From: Tubiluchus corallicola
Lineage: Eukaryota > Animalia > Priapulida
DNA length: 64,000 nucleotides
Direction of reading: 5' to 3'
NCBI GenBank assembly: GCA_030141605.1
Contig: JAQGDQ010000348.1
Location: 1-64,000, forward strand
Below are positions 12,506 through 25,500 of this stretch, in pieces (position 1 is the first letter of the stretch; every line of letters starts with the position of its first letter). The notes under the pieces are model-generated. The model saw only the letters and a program-made list of their open reading frames with translations, did no database searches and was not told where the DNA came from. Position numbers and translations under genes: made by a program.

Positions 12506-15500
12506 CTAGAAAATCACAAGAATGCTTTTGTAGTAGATCTCTGTCTCTAAGTAAATTTCAGCGATCATTAAAGTGCAGACTCACTAAGCTGAACTTGACG
12601 ATTGATTGACCGACTTAGACTGAATCTAGTCTTACATTTCACAGAATAAAGATGGTGACGATTGCATTAATCTTGACATTAACGATGACGGCGACAATAA
12701 AAAGTACTATTAAAACATTATATATTACTTTTGAATAGTTCATTGGAATGAAAAAAATATGGCCTATCTTATTAGAAACACAATTTTTTGACATCTCTTA
12801 TGCACTGCCGGCTAAGAATATAACATCCTTATGCAAAATAAGACATGTCCACTGGAATAGGAGGTGCCTGGTCAATACCCAGTAGGTTTACAGATAGCAA
12901 ATCTGCTTTAACTGACTGTTCATAAATTGAGACTTGACTTCAGATCCCCCTGCTAACTTACAGCGACATGTACACTTTCTACACTAAATCAAGATTGGGG
13001 TATTCAATGTATAAACCAGAGCAGAAGAATAACGCCGAAGAAACTTAACTATACTACTCAAGAGTGACACGCAGACAACTTAACAGTACTATTCAAGAGT
13101 GACACACAGACAACTTAACAGTGCTGTTCAAGAGTGATACGGAGACAAGTTAACTATTCTACTCAAGAGTGACACGCAGACAACTTAACAGTACTATTCA
13201 AGAGTGATACGGAGACAAGTTAACTATTCTACTCAAGAGTGACACTGAGACAACTTAACTGTACTATTCAAGAATGATTCGCAGACAAGTTAACTATTCT
13301 ACTCAAGAGTGACATTGAGACAACTTAATTGTACTATTCACGAATGATTCGCAGACAAGTTAACTATTCTACTCAAGAGTGACACTGAGACAACTTAACT
13401 ATACTATTCAAGAATGATTCGCAGACAAGTTAACTATTCTACTCAAGAGTGACATTGAGACAACTTAACTGTACTATTCAAGAGTGATGCGGAGACAAGT
13501 TAACTATTCTACTCAAGAGCGACATTGAGACAACTTAACTATACTATTCAAGAATGATTCGCAGACAAGTTAACTATTCTACTCAAGAGTGACATTGAGA
13601 CAACTTAACTATACTATTCAAGAATGATTCGCAGACAAGTTAGCTATGCTACTCAAGAGTGACATTGAGACAACTTAACTGTACTATTCAAGAGTGATGC
13701 GGAGACAAGTTAGCTATTCTACTCAAGAGCGACATTGAGACAACTTAACTGTACTATTCAAGAATGATTCGCAGACAAGTTAACTATTCTACTCAAGAGC
13801 GACATTGAGACAACTTAACTGTACTATTCAAGAGTGATGCGGAGACAAGTTAGCTGTACTACTCAAGAATGACATTGAGACAACTTAACTGTACTATTCA
13901 AGAGTGATGCGGAGACAAATTAACTATTCTACTCAAGAGTGACACTGAGACAACTTAACTGTACTATTAAAGAATGATTCGCAGACAAGTTAGCTATGCT
14001 ACTCAAGAGTGACATTGAGACAACTTAACTGTACTATTCAAGAGTGATGCGGAGACAAATTAACTATTCTACTCAAGAGCGACATTGAGACAACTTAATT
14101 GTACTATTCAAGAATGATTCGGAGACAAGTTAACTATTCTACTCAAGAGTGACATTGAGACAACTTAACTGTACTATTCAAGAGTGATTCGCAGACAAGT
14201 TAACTATTCTACTCAAGAGTGACATTGAGACAACTTAATTGTACTATTCAAGAATGATTCGCAGACAAGTTAACTATTCTACTCAAGAGTGACATTGAGA
14301 CAACTTAATTGTACTATTCAAGAATGATTCGCAGACAAGTTAACTATTCTACTCAAGAGTGACATTGAGACAACTTAACTGTACTATTCAAGAATGATTC
14401 GCAGACAAGTTAACTATTCTACTCAAGAGTGACATTGAGACAACTTAACTGTACTATTCAAGAATGATTCGCAGACAAGTTAACTATTCTACTCAAGAGT
14501 GACATTGAGACAACTTAATTGTACTATTCAAGAATGATTCGCAGACAAGTTAACTATTCTACTCAAGAGTGACATTGAGACAACTTAACTGTACTATTCA
14601 AGGTGATTCGCAGACAAGTTAACTATTCTACTCAAGAGTGACATTGAGACAACTTAACTGTACTATTCAAGAATGATTCGCAGACAAGTTAACTATTCTA
14701 CTCAAGAATGACATTGAGACAACTTAATTGTACTATTCACGAATGATTCGCAGACAAGTTAACTATTCTACTCAAGAGTGACATTGAGACAACTTAATTG
14801 TACTATTCAAGAATGATTCGCAGACAAGTTAACTATTCTACTCAAGAGTGACATTGAGACAACTTAACTGTACTATTCAAGAATGATTCGCAGACAAGTT
14901 AACTATTCTACTCAAGAGTGACATTGAGACAACTTAACTGTACTATTCAAGAATGATTCGCAGACAAGTTAACTATTCTACTCAAGAGTGACATTGAGAC
15001 AACTTAATTGTACTATTCACGAATGATTCGCAGACAAGTTAACTATTCTACTCAAGAGTGACATTGAGACAACTTAACTGTACTATTCAAGAGTGATGCG
15101 GAGACGAGTTAACTATTCTACTCAAGAATGACATTGAGACAACTTAACTGTACTATTCAAGAATGATTCGCAGACAAGTTAACTATTCTACTCAAGAATG
15201 ACATTGAGACAACTTAATTGTACTATTCACGAATGATTCGCAGACAAGTTAACTATTCTACTCAAGAGTGACATTGAGACAACTTAACTGTACTATTCAA
15301 GAGTGATGCGGAGACAAGTTAGCTATTCTACTCAAGCGTGACACACAGACAACTTAACAGTACTATTCAAGAGTGATGCGGAGACAAGTTAGCTATTCTA
15401 CTCAAGAGTGACATTGAGACAACTTAACTGTACTATTCAAGAATGATTCGCAGACAAGTTAGCTATACTACTTAAGAGCGACATTGAGACAACTTAACTG

Positions 15501-18500
15501 TACTATTAAAGAATGATTCGCAGACAAGTTAACTATTCTACTTAAGAGCGACATTGAGACAACTTAACTGTACTATTAAAGAATGATTCGCAGACAAGTT
15601 AGCTATACTACTTAAGAGCGACATTGAGACAACTTAACTGTACTATTAAAGAATGATTCGCAGACAAGTTAACTATTCTACTCAAGAGCGACATTGAGAC
15701 AACTTAACTGTACTATTCAAGAGTGATGCGGAGACAAGTTAGCTATTCTACTCAAGAGTGACACACAGACAACTTAACAGTACTATTCAAGAGTGATGCG
15801 GAGACAAGTTAGCTATTCTACTCAAGAGTGACATTGAGACAACTTAACTGTACTATTCACGAATGATTCGCAGACAAGTTAGCTATTCTACTCAAGAGTG
15901 ACACACAGACAACTTAACTATACTATTCAAGAATGATTCGCAGACAAGTTAGCTATTCTACTCAAGAGCGACATTGAGACAACGTAACTATACTATTCAA
16001 GAATGATTCGCAGACAAGTTAGCTATTCTACTCAAGAGCGACATTGAGACAACTTAACTGTACTATTCAAGAGTGATGCGGAGACGAGTTAGCTATTCTA
16101 CTCAAGAGTGATACACAGACAACTTAATTGTACTATTCAAGAGTGATGCGGAGACGAGTTAACTATTCTACTCAAGAGAGACATTGAGACAACTTAACTA
16201 TACTATTCAAGAATGATTCGCAGACAAGTTAGCTATTCTACTCAAGAGTGACATTGAGACAACTTAACTATACTATTCAAGAGTGATTCGCAGACAAGTT
16301 AACTATTCTACTCAAGAGCGACATTGAGACAACTTAATTGTACTATTCAAGAGTGATTCGCAGACAAGTTAACTATTCTACTTAAGAGTGACATTGAGAC
16401 AACATAACTGTACTACTGAAGAGTGACATGGAGACAACTTAACAATGCTACTCATGAATGATACGGAGACAAGTTAATTGTACTATTCAAGAGTGATACC
16501 GTGACAGGTTAAGTATACTCTTCCTAGGTAGCTGCCAATCAAGGCTGGTAAACATAAAATTAATGGGTAATATATAATATATACACAGTGAGCGGTAATT
16601 ACATTGTGCTTGATGACCAAAGTTAAGAATGCTACTGAGATGGACAGTGAATGGATGGGTGAACTGCACATTGCAGTGTTTCGGGATTTCAGTAAAAGCA
16701 GCTTGATACACGCTTTTGGTTGTCTCACACATTATGCTAAATGTTGTTTGCCTTGCTGTAGCTAACCAGGTGCATTTACATCTGAATGTGGCAAGGACAC
16801 CTCCGATGGTTCAGTGGTTCATCTTAGAGGATAAGTCTAGGTTCCGGTCTTCTCTGTACATTAAGCAAGCACTGCCGCTAACAAATGAATTCTAGTTTTA
16901 AGCATGCCGAATTGCATTAAGTAAAATAAAGGTAAACAGAATAATTACAAAAATTCCGATCATCGTCATCATCATCATCATCATCATCATCATTATTAAT
17001 CTTACCTTCCTCGGGATTATTGTGATATTTTCTGGTCCAGGCATCAAGGAGTAAATTACTGTAACGTTTATTCTCAAAATATTTCAAATATTTGTGAGAA
17101 GTTGGACTGGGAAAGATTCGCTGGAAGCTTCCACGTCTCTGATGCTCATCTTCTACTTCTACCAGCTCACGTACATCAGCTGGTGTGAGCACTTCTAGAA
17201 TACGCTCTGTTATTTCCTAGACAGAAACAAATAATTCTAATACACGAAGGAACATTATCATCCTGTTCCACACTGGGTTAAAAATGGTCACGTTGTGAAT
17301 GGTCAAATGATCGTATTTAGAAAGCGCCTGCCCCCAGAGCTAGGTTTACTCCCAAAAGTTACCTCTTCTGACGTTCTGGTGGTGAAATAGATGCGCTTTG
17401 CCTTTTCATCCTCAGTAAGACGAGAATCTCGTAGAGAAGTTGAACTGATTTTTACTTCCACGTTTTCCTGCGGGAAGAATTCCCTGAAAAACGCACTGAA
17501 TATGAACAGTAAGGTACAAGCGAGAAAACTGTGGTGAGTGAAGATGTCGTCACACTTCAATCTCTGCTTAAAGTTTGTTTTTATAACGTTACAAATATCA
17601 CCTATAACTATGGACTATTATTAATTTAGTCTACATAGTCCGTTTTGGTTATTACACCAAGCCCAGAGCTGACATGACTCTACGTCCTCGTGGCTTATGC
17701 TTACGTAAATTTGTTAATTTTTACTCAACAGTATAGATTATCATCATATATCACTAACATAGGTTCCTAACCTTTTACTAACAAAGTGGCCTTTCAGCGA
17801 TCTGTCACCTACCCCTTAACATTTTTTAACAATAAAAGTTTCAAGAAAACATTTTCTACTATTATTATGAAATTCTGTTAGATTATAATTTAATTTTGAA
17901 AACAAACAAAATAATAAAAAAGTCATTATTTTCAATTTACACGTTTATTTACGTGTAGTACTCTCTCTGCTGATACTTCTTCTTAAAAGCAGTTATTTTT
18001 AATTTACACATTTCCAAATTCAAGAACAAAATACAAGAAAAAGACATTCGGATGTCAAATCAGAAGTCGAACTAGCAGTTGAACTATGAAGTAACCTCAA
18101 TGGCCGCCTTTGTGAAGCGGATTTTTCCGGAAGCCGCCAACCTTACCTTCCGCTTACACATATGTTGTGCCAAACACACAACCTTTCCTTCCGCTTACAC
18201 ATATGTCATGCCAAACACACAACCTTTCCTTCCGCTTACACATATGTTGTGCCAAACACACAACCTTTCCTTCCGCTTACACATATGTTGTGCCAAACAC
18301 ACAACCTTACCTTCCGCTTACACATATGTTGTGCCAAACACACAACCTTACCTTCCGCTTACACATATGTCGTACCAAACACACAACCTTTCCTTCTGCT
18401 TACACATATGTTGTGCCAAACACACAACCTTTCCTTCCGCTTACACATATGTCGTGCCAAACACACAACCTTTGATTCCGCATTCACATATGTCGTGCCA

Positions 18501-21500
18501 AACACACAACCTTTCCTTCCGCTTACACATATGTCGTGCCAAACGCACAACCTTTCCTTCTGCTTACACATATGTCGTGCCAAACGCACAACCTTTCCTT
18601 CCGCTTACACATATGTCGTGCCAAACACACAACCTTTCCTTCCGCTTACACATATGTTGTGCCAAATGTCTATTTTACATAATAAATTAACCTCGTTATA
18701 ATGCCAGGCAGTGCGCAGTGAATTACCCAAAAAAACGCTACAGTGTCGCAAAAACAATGACGTTTCAAAATACAAACAATCATGATGTCTAAAGATTTAA
18801 TCTTGTAACTCTTTCCTCATACCACGAGGCCGTTACTCCCGTAAAATTCGTACTCCATACGTGTACGCTGTGCGGCAAAAAAGAACATTCTGATGTGTTA
18901 CACGACACAACCTTCGTGTACCCCTAGCTTAGCTGTTTCGTACCTCCAAGAGGTACTCGTGCCCTAGGTTAGGAACCACTAGAATAAAGCATCCACAGAC
19001 AATCCTAAGATTTCAAGTTCAAATCCCTTGCAACTGTTAAATCTGCTTTCAACAAGCCTATATTGAAATAAGATGTCATCTTCAAGTTCATGTCAAAGCA
19101 ATGAGAAATAAAAAAATCTGGTGCCAAGAATCCCCCTTGCTTTGCACCTGAATTACAAATGGCTCGAGCTGACACAAGGTTTATAGCATTGAAACTTTCG
19201 CCTAATTACAACAGAGCTGTAGTAGTGATTTTGCAGTTTAGTGCATATTCGTAATACAAAATGTCATGTCAGTAACGTTATGTTTTTTACAAAAACTGCG
19301 CTTGGATTTTTGCAAGTACGATTTTAGAAGGCGAGGAAGTGAAGGGTGATCCAAAAAGTGCAATGCAAATGTGAAAAATGTTATAGAACAAACTTGCTGC
19401 ATTTCATATACTCTGCTAATGCTATTACGTGCTATTACAGTGCTATTACGTGCTATTACAGTGCTATTACAGTGCTATCTCACTGCTATTACAGTGCTAT
19501 TACAGTGCTATTACAGTGCTGTTACGTGCTATTACAGTGCTATTACAGTGCTATTACAGTGCTATCTCACTGCTATTACAGTGCTATTACACTTATTCAA
19601 CTTTCTGTGGTGTAACACTTGTTATTACGCTGTTTCTTTTGAAACACCCTATAGAACACAGGTGAAAATTGCAGGTATTTGCTACAGCAAGTAATGAGCA
19701 CTACTGTATTCAATTTGATGAAAAATAATTTGCATGCTTTCATGTTTGGAGTAATATATCACCAGGTAGAGAGGCTAAGCAGAAACAGAAACCTTTCATA
19801 TCACACCTGTTAGTACTTACCTCAGCCCTGTTGAGGGTTTAGGCAAACGTGTTGGTACCTTATAACCCGCAAGGTTAAAAACATCTCGGCGCACAAGATA
19901 ATTTATACTATATCGATTGAAAGTCAACCTAAAGTAAAAAGACAATGATAATGAATATATTCTCACACTAAGAACAGTTCTAAATAATTAATTTATTGTT
20001 TCGTATATAAAACATTTCTTAAATATTTTCATTTTTTACATTTGGACAAACTGCAAGTTCTCATCTAGTATTCACTAGCAGGGCCTTTTCAATGTGGATG
20101 CTGAGACCATAACCTGATTCATTATCAAGTATGACTATCTAAGATGAACCACAGGGCCTTTCCAATGTGGATGCTGAGACCAGAATCTGATTTATTATCA
20201 AGTATAATCACCTAAGATGAACCACAGGGCCTTTTCAATGTGGATGCTGAGACCATAACCTGATTCATTATCAAGTATGACTATCTAAGATGAACCACAT
20301 GGCCTTTTCAATGTGGATGCTGAGACCATAACCTAATTCATTATCAAGTATGACTATCTAAGATGAACCACAGGGCCTTTTCAATGTGGATGCTGAGACC
20401 ATAATCTGATTCATTATCAAGTATAACCATCAAAGATGAACCACAGGGCTTTTCAATGTGGATGCTGAGACCATAATCTGTTCTTTATCAAGTATGACTA
20501 TCTAAGATGAACCACAGGGCCTTTTCAATGTGGATGCTGAGACCATAATCTGATTCATTATCAAGTATAACCATCTAAGATGAACCACAGGGCCTTTTCA
20601 ATGTGGATGCTGAGACCATAATCTGATTCATTATCAAGTATAACCATCTAAGATGAACCACAGGGCCTTTTCAATGTGGATGCTGAGACCATAATCTGAT
20701 TCATTATCAAGTATAACCATCAAAGATGAACCACAGGGCCTTTTCAATGTGGATACTGAGACCAGAATCTGATTCATTATCAAGTATAACCATCTAAGAT
20801 GAACCACAGGACCTTTTCAATGTGGATGCTGAGACCATAACCTGATTCATTATCAAGTATAACCATCTAAGATGAACCACAGGGCCTTTTCAATGTGGAT
20901 GCTGAGACCATAATCTGATTCATTATCAAGTATAACCACCTAAGATGAACCACATGGCCTTTTCAATGTGGATGCTGAGACCATAACCTGATTCATGATC
21001 AAGTATAACCATCTAAGATGAACCACAGGGCCTTTTCAATGTGGATGCTGAGACCATAATCTGATTTATTATCAAGTATAACCATCTAAGATGAACCACA
21101 GGGCCTTTTCAATGTGGATGCTGAGACCATAATCTGATTCATTATCAAGTATAACCATCAAAGATGAACCACAGGGCCTTTTCAATGTGGATGCTGAGAC
21201 CATAATCTGATTCATTATCAAGTATAACCATCTAAGATGAACCACTGAATAAGTGAGTGTTTGTTAGTTACGCAGGGACTATATACGTCCTCCATCTGTA
21301 AGGTTTAAATAGCCAGATTCGGTATGACAAATGAAACTTCTCAGAGCGGGAATTGAACCCATTTTGACCCTCGCTAACCACTTTAACTCAGCCATAAATT
21401 ATTTTGTTCTCTAAGATAAGAATTAGTTATTTTTTTTAATAATAAATTGTTTATTGTTTATTTATAATATTGTATCTAAATTGTAAAATTAGAATTGTAT

Positions 21501-22434
21501 ACTGAAGTAAATATAAATTAATACCCAGGTTTTGGATTAACCTCCAGTAGCCATGGTTTCAGTTTGTGGTCGAACATGACGTCATATCCGTACAGTGCAT
21601 AACAGGAAGTGTTTCTTGCGTAAGTGTTGGTCAAGTGATATATTTCAGATTCTGCACTGTAAGACAAATGGTGCTGAGGTAAAAACACTTGCATGAGATA
21701 CCCCAATCTTTACTAGCAAAACAAGCACTAATTGTTAAAAATTGTTAATTGTCATTAAGCCTTTTCACAGCTCCAGCGATTAATGATGATCTAAAAGGTC
21801 AAAGGTTAAGTGCACCAGACAACGCATTTGTGTACATTTGACAACGCCTCGTAGCCCAAGCTGCTGTAATAGTAACAGATTTAACAGCTAGCTAGAACCC
21901 TACCTAGTTCAATTTTTCCTGTTCTCAAGCAAGATCCTGCTAGTAAATCACTCTACTCACAGACTAATGGATAATTAAGTAAAGTCCACGTAAAAAAGCT
22001 GAAGTTACTGAACTGTAGCAACAGACGGCAATTGCTTTACCCACATGTCACGTGATGGTTGTAGTTAAGACGCGTTGCTGTGACGGCACTTAACCTTTGA
22101 CCTACTGCAACTGTGCTCCTCTTTGTATGTGCAGCAACAACACATTGAGGTCTTCAGAATGTTACTTGCAAAGTCTGCAGTCACACAAAGGTCTCTTGCC
22201 AGTTTCCTACTGCACACGTGCATTAGTACGACCTAATCGACTCAACAGTTGCAGAAAGTTTAATAGTTTCAATCTGTCCTGGTTACCCAGTTGCATAATA
22301 ATTACCTTAAAAACTGTTTTATAATGAGGTCCTTAATTTCTTCCACAACAACGCCCGCACGAATGCCTCGAGATTCAAGGTAGCGCCATAAAGTTTTCAA
22401 ACTCCTAAAAATACAATTAAAATTCTAGACCTCA

Positions 22435-22481
<47 letters not shown>

Positions 22482-22489
22482 CAATGATG

Positions 22490-22564
<75 letters not shown>

Positions 22565-25500
22565 GATAATAATAATAATAATAATAGATAACTAGCAAAG
22601 GCCCCGCAAAAGATTTTGTGTAAAAAACCACGTATAATCAATAATACGCGAACATCCTACCTAGTCCTCATTTATAACACAAAGCCCTTAACATCATGCC
22701 TACTGTTTGTTTAACTAACGCAAAGCCTGTAGCTTTTTGCTGAATTAAAGTTATAAGCAGAGTAGAGTACAATGGATGACGTCACAACAATGCCTTTGCG
22801 TCAACAGTTTTCTAAGCGAAAATTGCCGAAAATAGAACTGGTAATTAACTTGCCAGTACTCCTCTCGGTGGACGTGTCCTAAAATGTAGCCTACATCATC
22901 GTGTGTCCCCATTCTTCCTCTTTCTAAAGAGCCGTATATCTCCTTCTGAGAGTACCACCAGGCGCCGCTAGAACATTTTTTCTGCAGGCTGTTTGCCCAA
23001 AATTTCGAAAAAATCGAGAGTTGGGTCCGGGAAAACGCCCGTTGCGGAACCACGTGGCCCTCTCGCGAATTCTAGATAGGCCTATGACACCCATCGCTGA
23101 ACGGGCAATCTATCCATATCCAGCATCGCCCTCGGCCCATTCCCGTTCTCTACATCTCAGGCGTATAACTTTTGCAAAAAACGGCCGAAAATGGCCATTT
23201 TTGGAGGTTTTTCGCCTCCCCCTCCTTCCGGTGGGCCCCATTCGAAAAATAAACCATCAATGGCACGACACTAGATCGAGACCTTTCGTTTGATGTATAG
23301 ATCGCCGCAAATGGTGCCATCGTCCGGGCTGTAGCCTCGAATCTTATATATATATATATAAATAAATAAATATATATATACCAAGTATATTAATATAAGA
23401 GTATAGATAATACTCTTTGTTTAAATCAAATTTGGATCGACAATTAACATATGCTCCAAAGAGCTTTTGAGCCGACTATAAACAACAACATACAACTACA
23501 TAACAGAGACTATTATTACCCCACTTTTACCCTAAATACCACACCCCTGGCAGGGGCAACAGCAGGTACCATTTTTTGGTATGACCCGTCCGCTGTATCG
23601 AACTCACGATCTCCCAGACGGAAAGCGAACGCGTTACGACTAGACCAAACCATCTGGTCGAAAACATTTTACAAGGATAAAAGAATGGAAAACTCTGTAA
23701 TTTCGACTTCACTTAACTTCAACTAAAATGAAGTTTAAAGTGAGTTAAGTGCACTTCATATTTCAAAAAAAGTTTTATTTTTCACGGGAGCTTTCGTCCT
23801 TCGTCAGCTGTAAGGTAAAGGTACAATAATAAGAATCATAAAAACTACTGATAAAACTACATGTAAATTATAAGTATACAATGACATTAAAATAGGCAAC
23901 ACGAAATTCATTAAGAATCTCTTAACTCATTTATTTTAAGAAGCTGAAAATTCATTAAGAAGTATTACAATTTTGTATCCCTTATTTTAATGTCATTATA
24001 TACTTATACTTTACATGTAGTTTTATCTGTAATTTTTAAGTTTTTTTTATATCTCTATCTTGGAGCTGATGAAGTCAGTGAATGACGAAAGCTTCTGGAA
24101 AAATAAAAGTTTTTTTTGAGATTTAACCATGGCAGGTTTATGAAAAGCATTATCATATTTTTGATTTAAATGCATTTAAAGAAGGAAGACCTACCATTTG
24201 TGCGCAGATTCTCCGATTTTTGTAAACCTTTCATAATATGTTGGACTGTACTGGTTAATGGCAACATTGGTCAAATGGATGAAAGCGTCATGTAAATCGT
24301 TAATTCTTCTGTTATACCTGAAAAATGCAAACAATAACAACAAGAATAACAACAATAAAAGACTAAAATCAAGAGAAACTTCTGGTGACAGGTAGCGCAC
24401 AAAACCGACACATGAATATTCTTCCTCTGTCTAATCCTTTGAATCAAACAAGGAATGGTCTTTGTCTGAGCAATCCCAAAAACCTAATAATTAGATTATT
24501 CTTACTCTGTCCAATTCCAGAAGGCAGACAAAGGGATTTCCTTTCTTTATTAAATCCCATAAAATAAACAATATGATTGTTCTTGCTCTGTTCAATCTCA
24601 AAAACCAAACAGCACTAGGATCGTTCTTGGTCTGTTCAATCCCCAAAACCAAAATAGTACAATTGTTCTTCCTCTGTTCAATCCCAAAAACCAAAGTAGT
24701 AGGATTATTCTTGCCCTCTTCAATCCCAAAAACCAAAATAGTACAATTGTTCTTGCTCTGTTCAATCCCAAAAACCAAAGTAGTAGGATTGTTCTTGCCC
24801 TGTTCAATCCCAAAAACCAAAATAGCAGGATTGTTCTTGTTTTGTTCATTCCCAAAAAACAAAATAGTATGTTTATTCTTGCTCGGTTCAATCCCAAAAA
24901 CCAAAATAGTAGGATTGTTCATGGTCTGTTCAATCCCAAAAACCAAAATAGTAGGATTGTTCTTGCTCTGTTCAATCCCAAAAACCAAAATAGTAATTGT
25001 TCTTGGTCTGTTCAATCCCAAAAACCAAATTGTAGTAGGATTATTTTTCTTTGTCCAAAACTAGAAACCAAACAATGATTGTTATGTTTCTGTTTCATTT
25101 CAGAAACCACACAATGAATATCTGATGCAAAAGCACCTGCATAAACTATCATGTTATCGTTTTTGTACCGTGCCATAGCTCGTGTACACCGCACCTCACC
25201 ACAACATGCAACTGTCAACAGTTTTTGTAGCCAAAGAACCCAAAAACTGAGAAAGAAAACAGATATCACTAAGACTGAATAGACTTACATAGCTTGGAAT
25301 ATTGTTATTGCTCGTGTCCAATTTGATGTAGGGTCAAGATTTGCCAAGGAAGAAAGAGTTGTTGAAGACGAGAAAGAGAAAAGAGATAGATGTTAGTATG
25401 TCAATTATGTCGAACGTGCATCACAGTAGAACATGTGAACGTACCTTTTTGTTGCAAATCTCGCGACTCCGCCGTCATGTAAGTAGATTCTCAAAGGTTC

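Noticed and set aside
16861-16877. Alternative tiny last exon (AAVLA*) after TTLL exon 13
   Set aside because: Weak pyrimidine tract and no family similarity; 12505-12366 fits the TTLL4 pattern better. It cannot be excluded as a minor isoform.
18079-18701. Cys/His-rich ORFs resembling zinc fingers
   Set aside because: They are translations of a 41-bp intronic repeat cycling through frames.
8851-21248. Regular arrays as possible CRISPR loci
   Set aside because: Units are head-to-tail with no unique spacers, there are no cas genes, and the DNA is eukaryotic with spliceosomal introns.
22425-22641. Poly-Leu/Ile/His ORFs (also 38435-38653)
   Set aside because: They are trinucleotide microsatellite translations.
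23575-23659. Possible tRNA gene
   Set aside because: It has A/B boxes but no proper cloverleaf or acceptor stem and continues into a SINE body.
24491-25078. Overlapping 14-aa-periodic ORFs on both strands
   Set aside because: They come from a 42-bp intronic tandem repeat; the TTLL model is complete without them.
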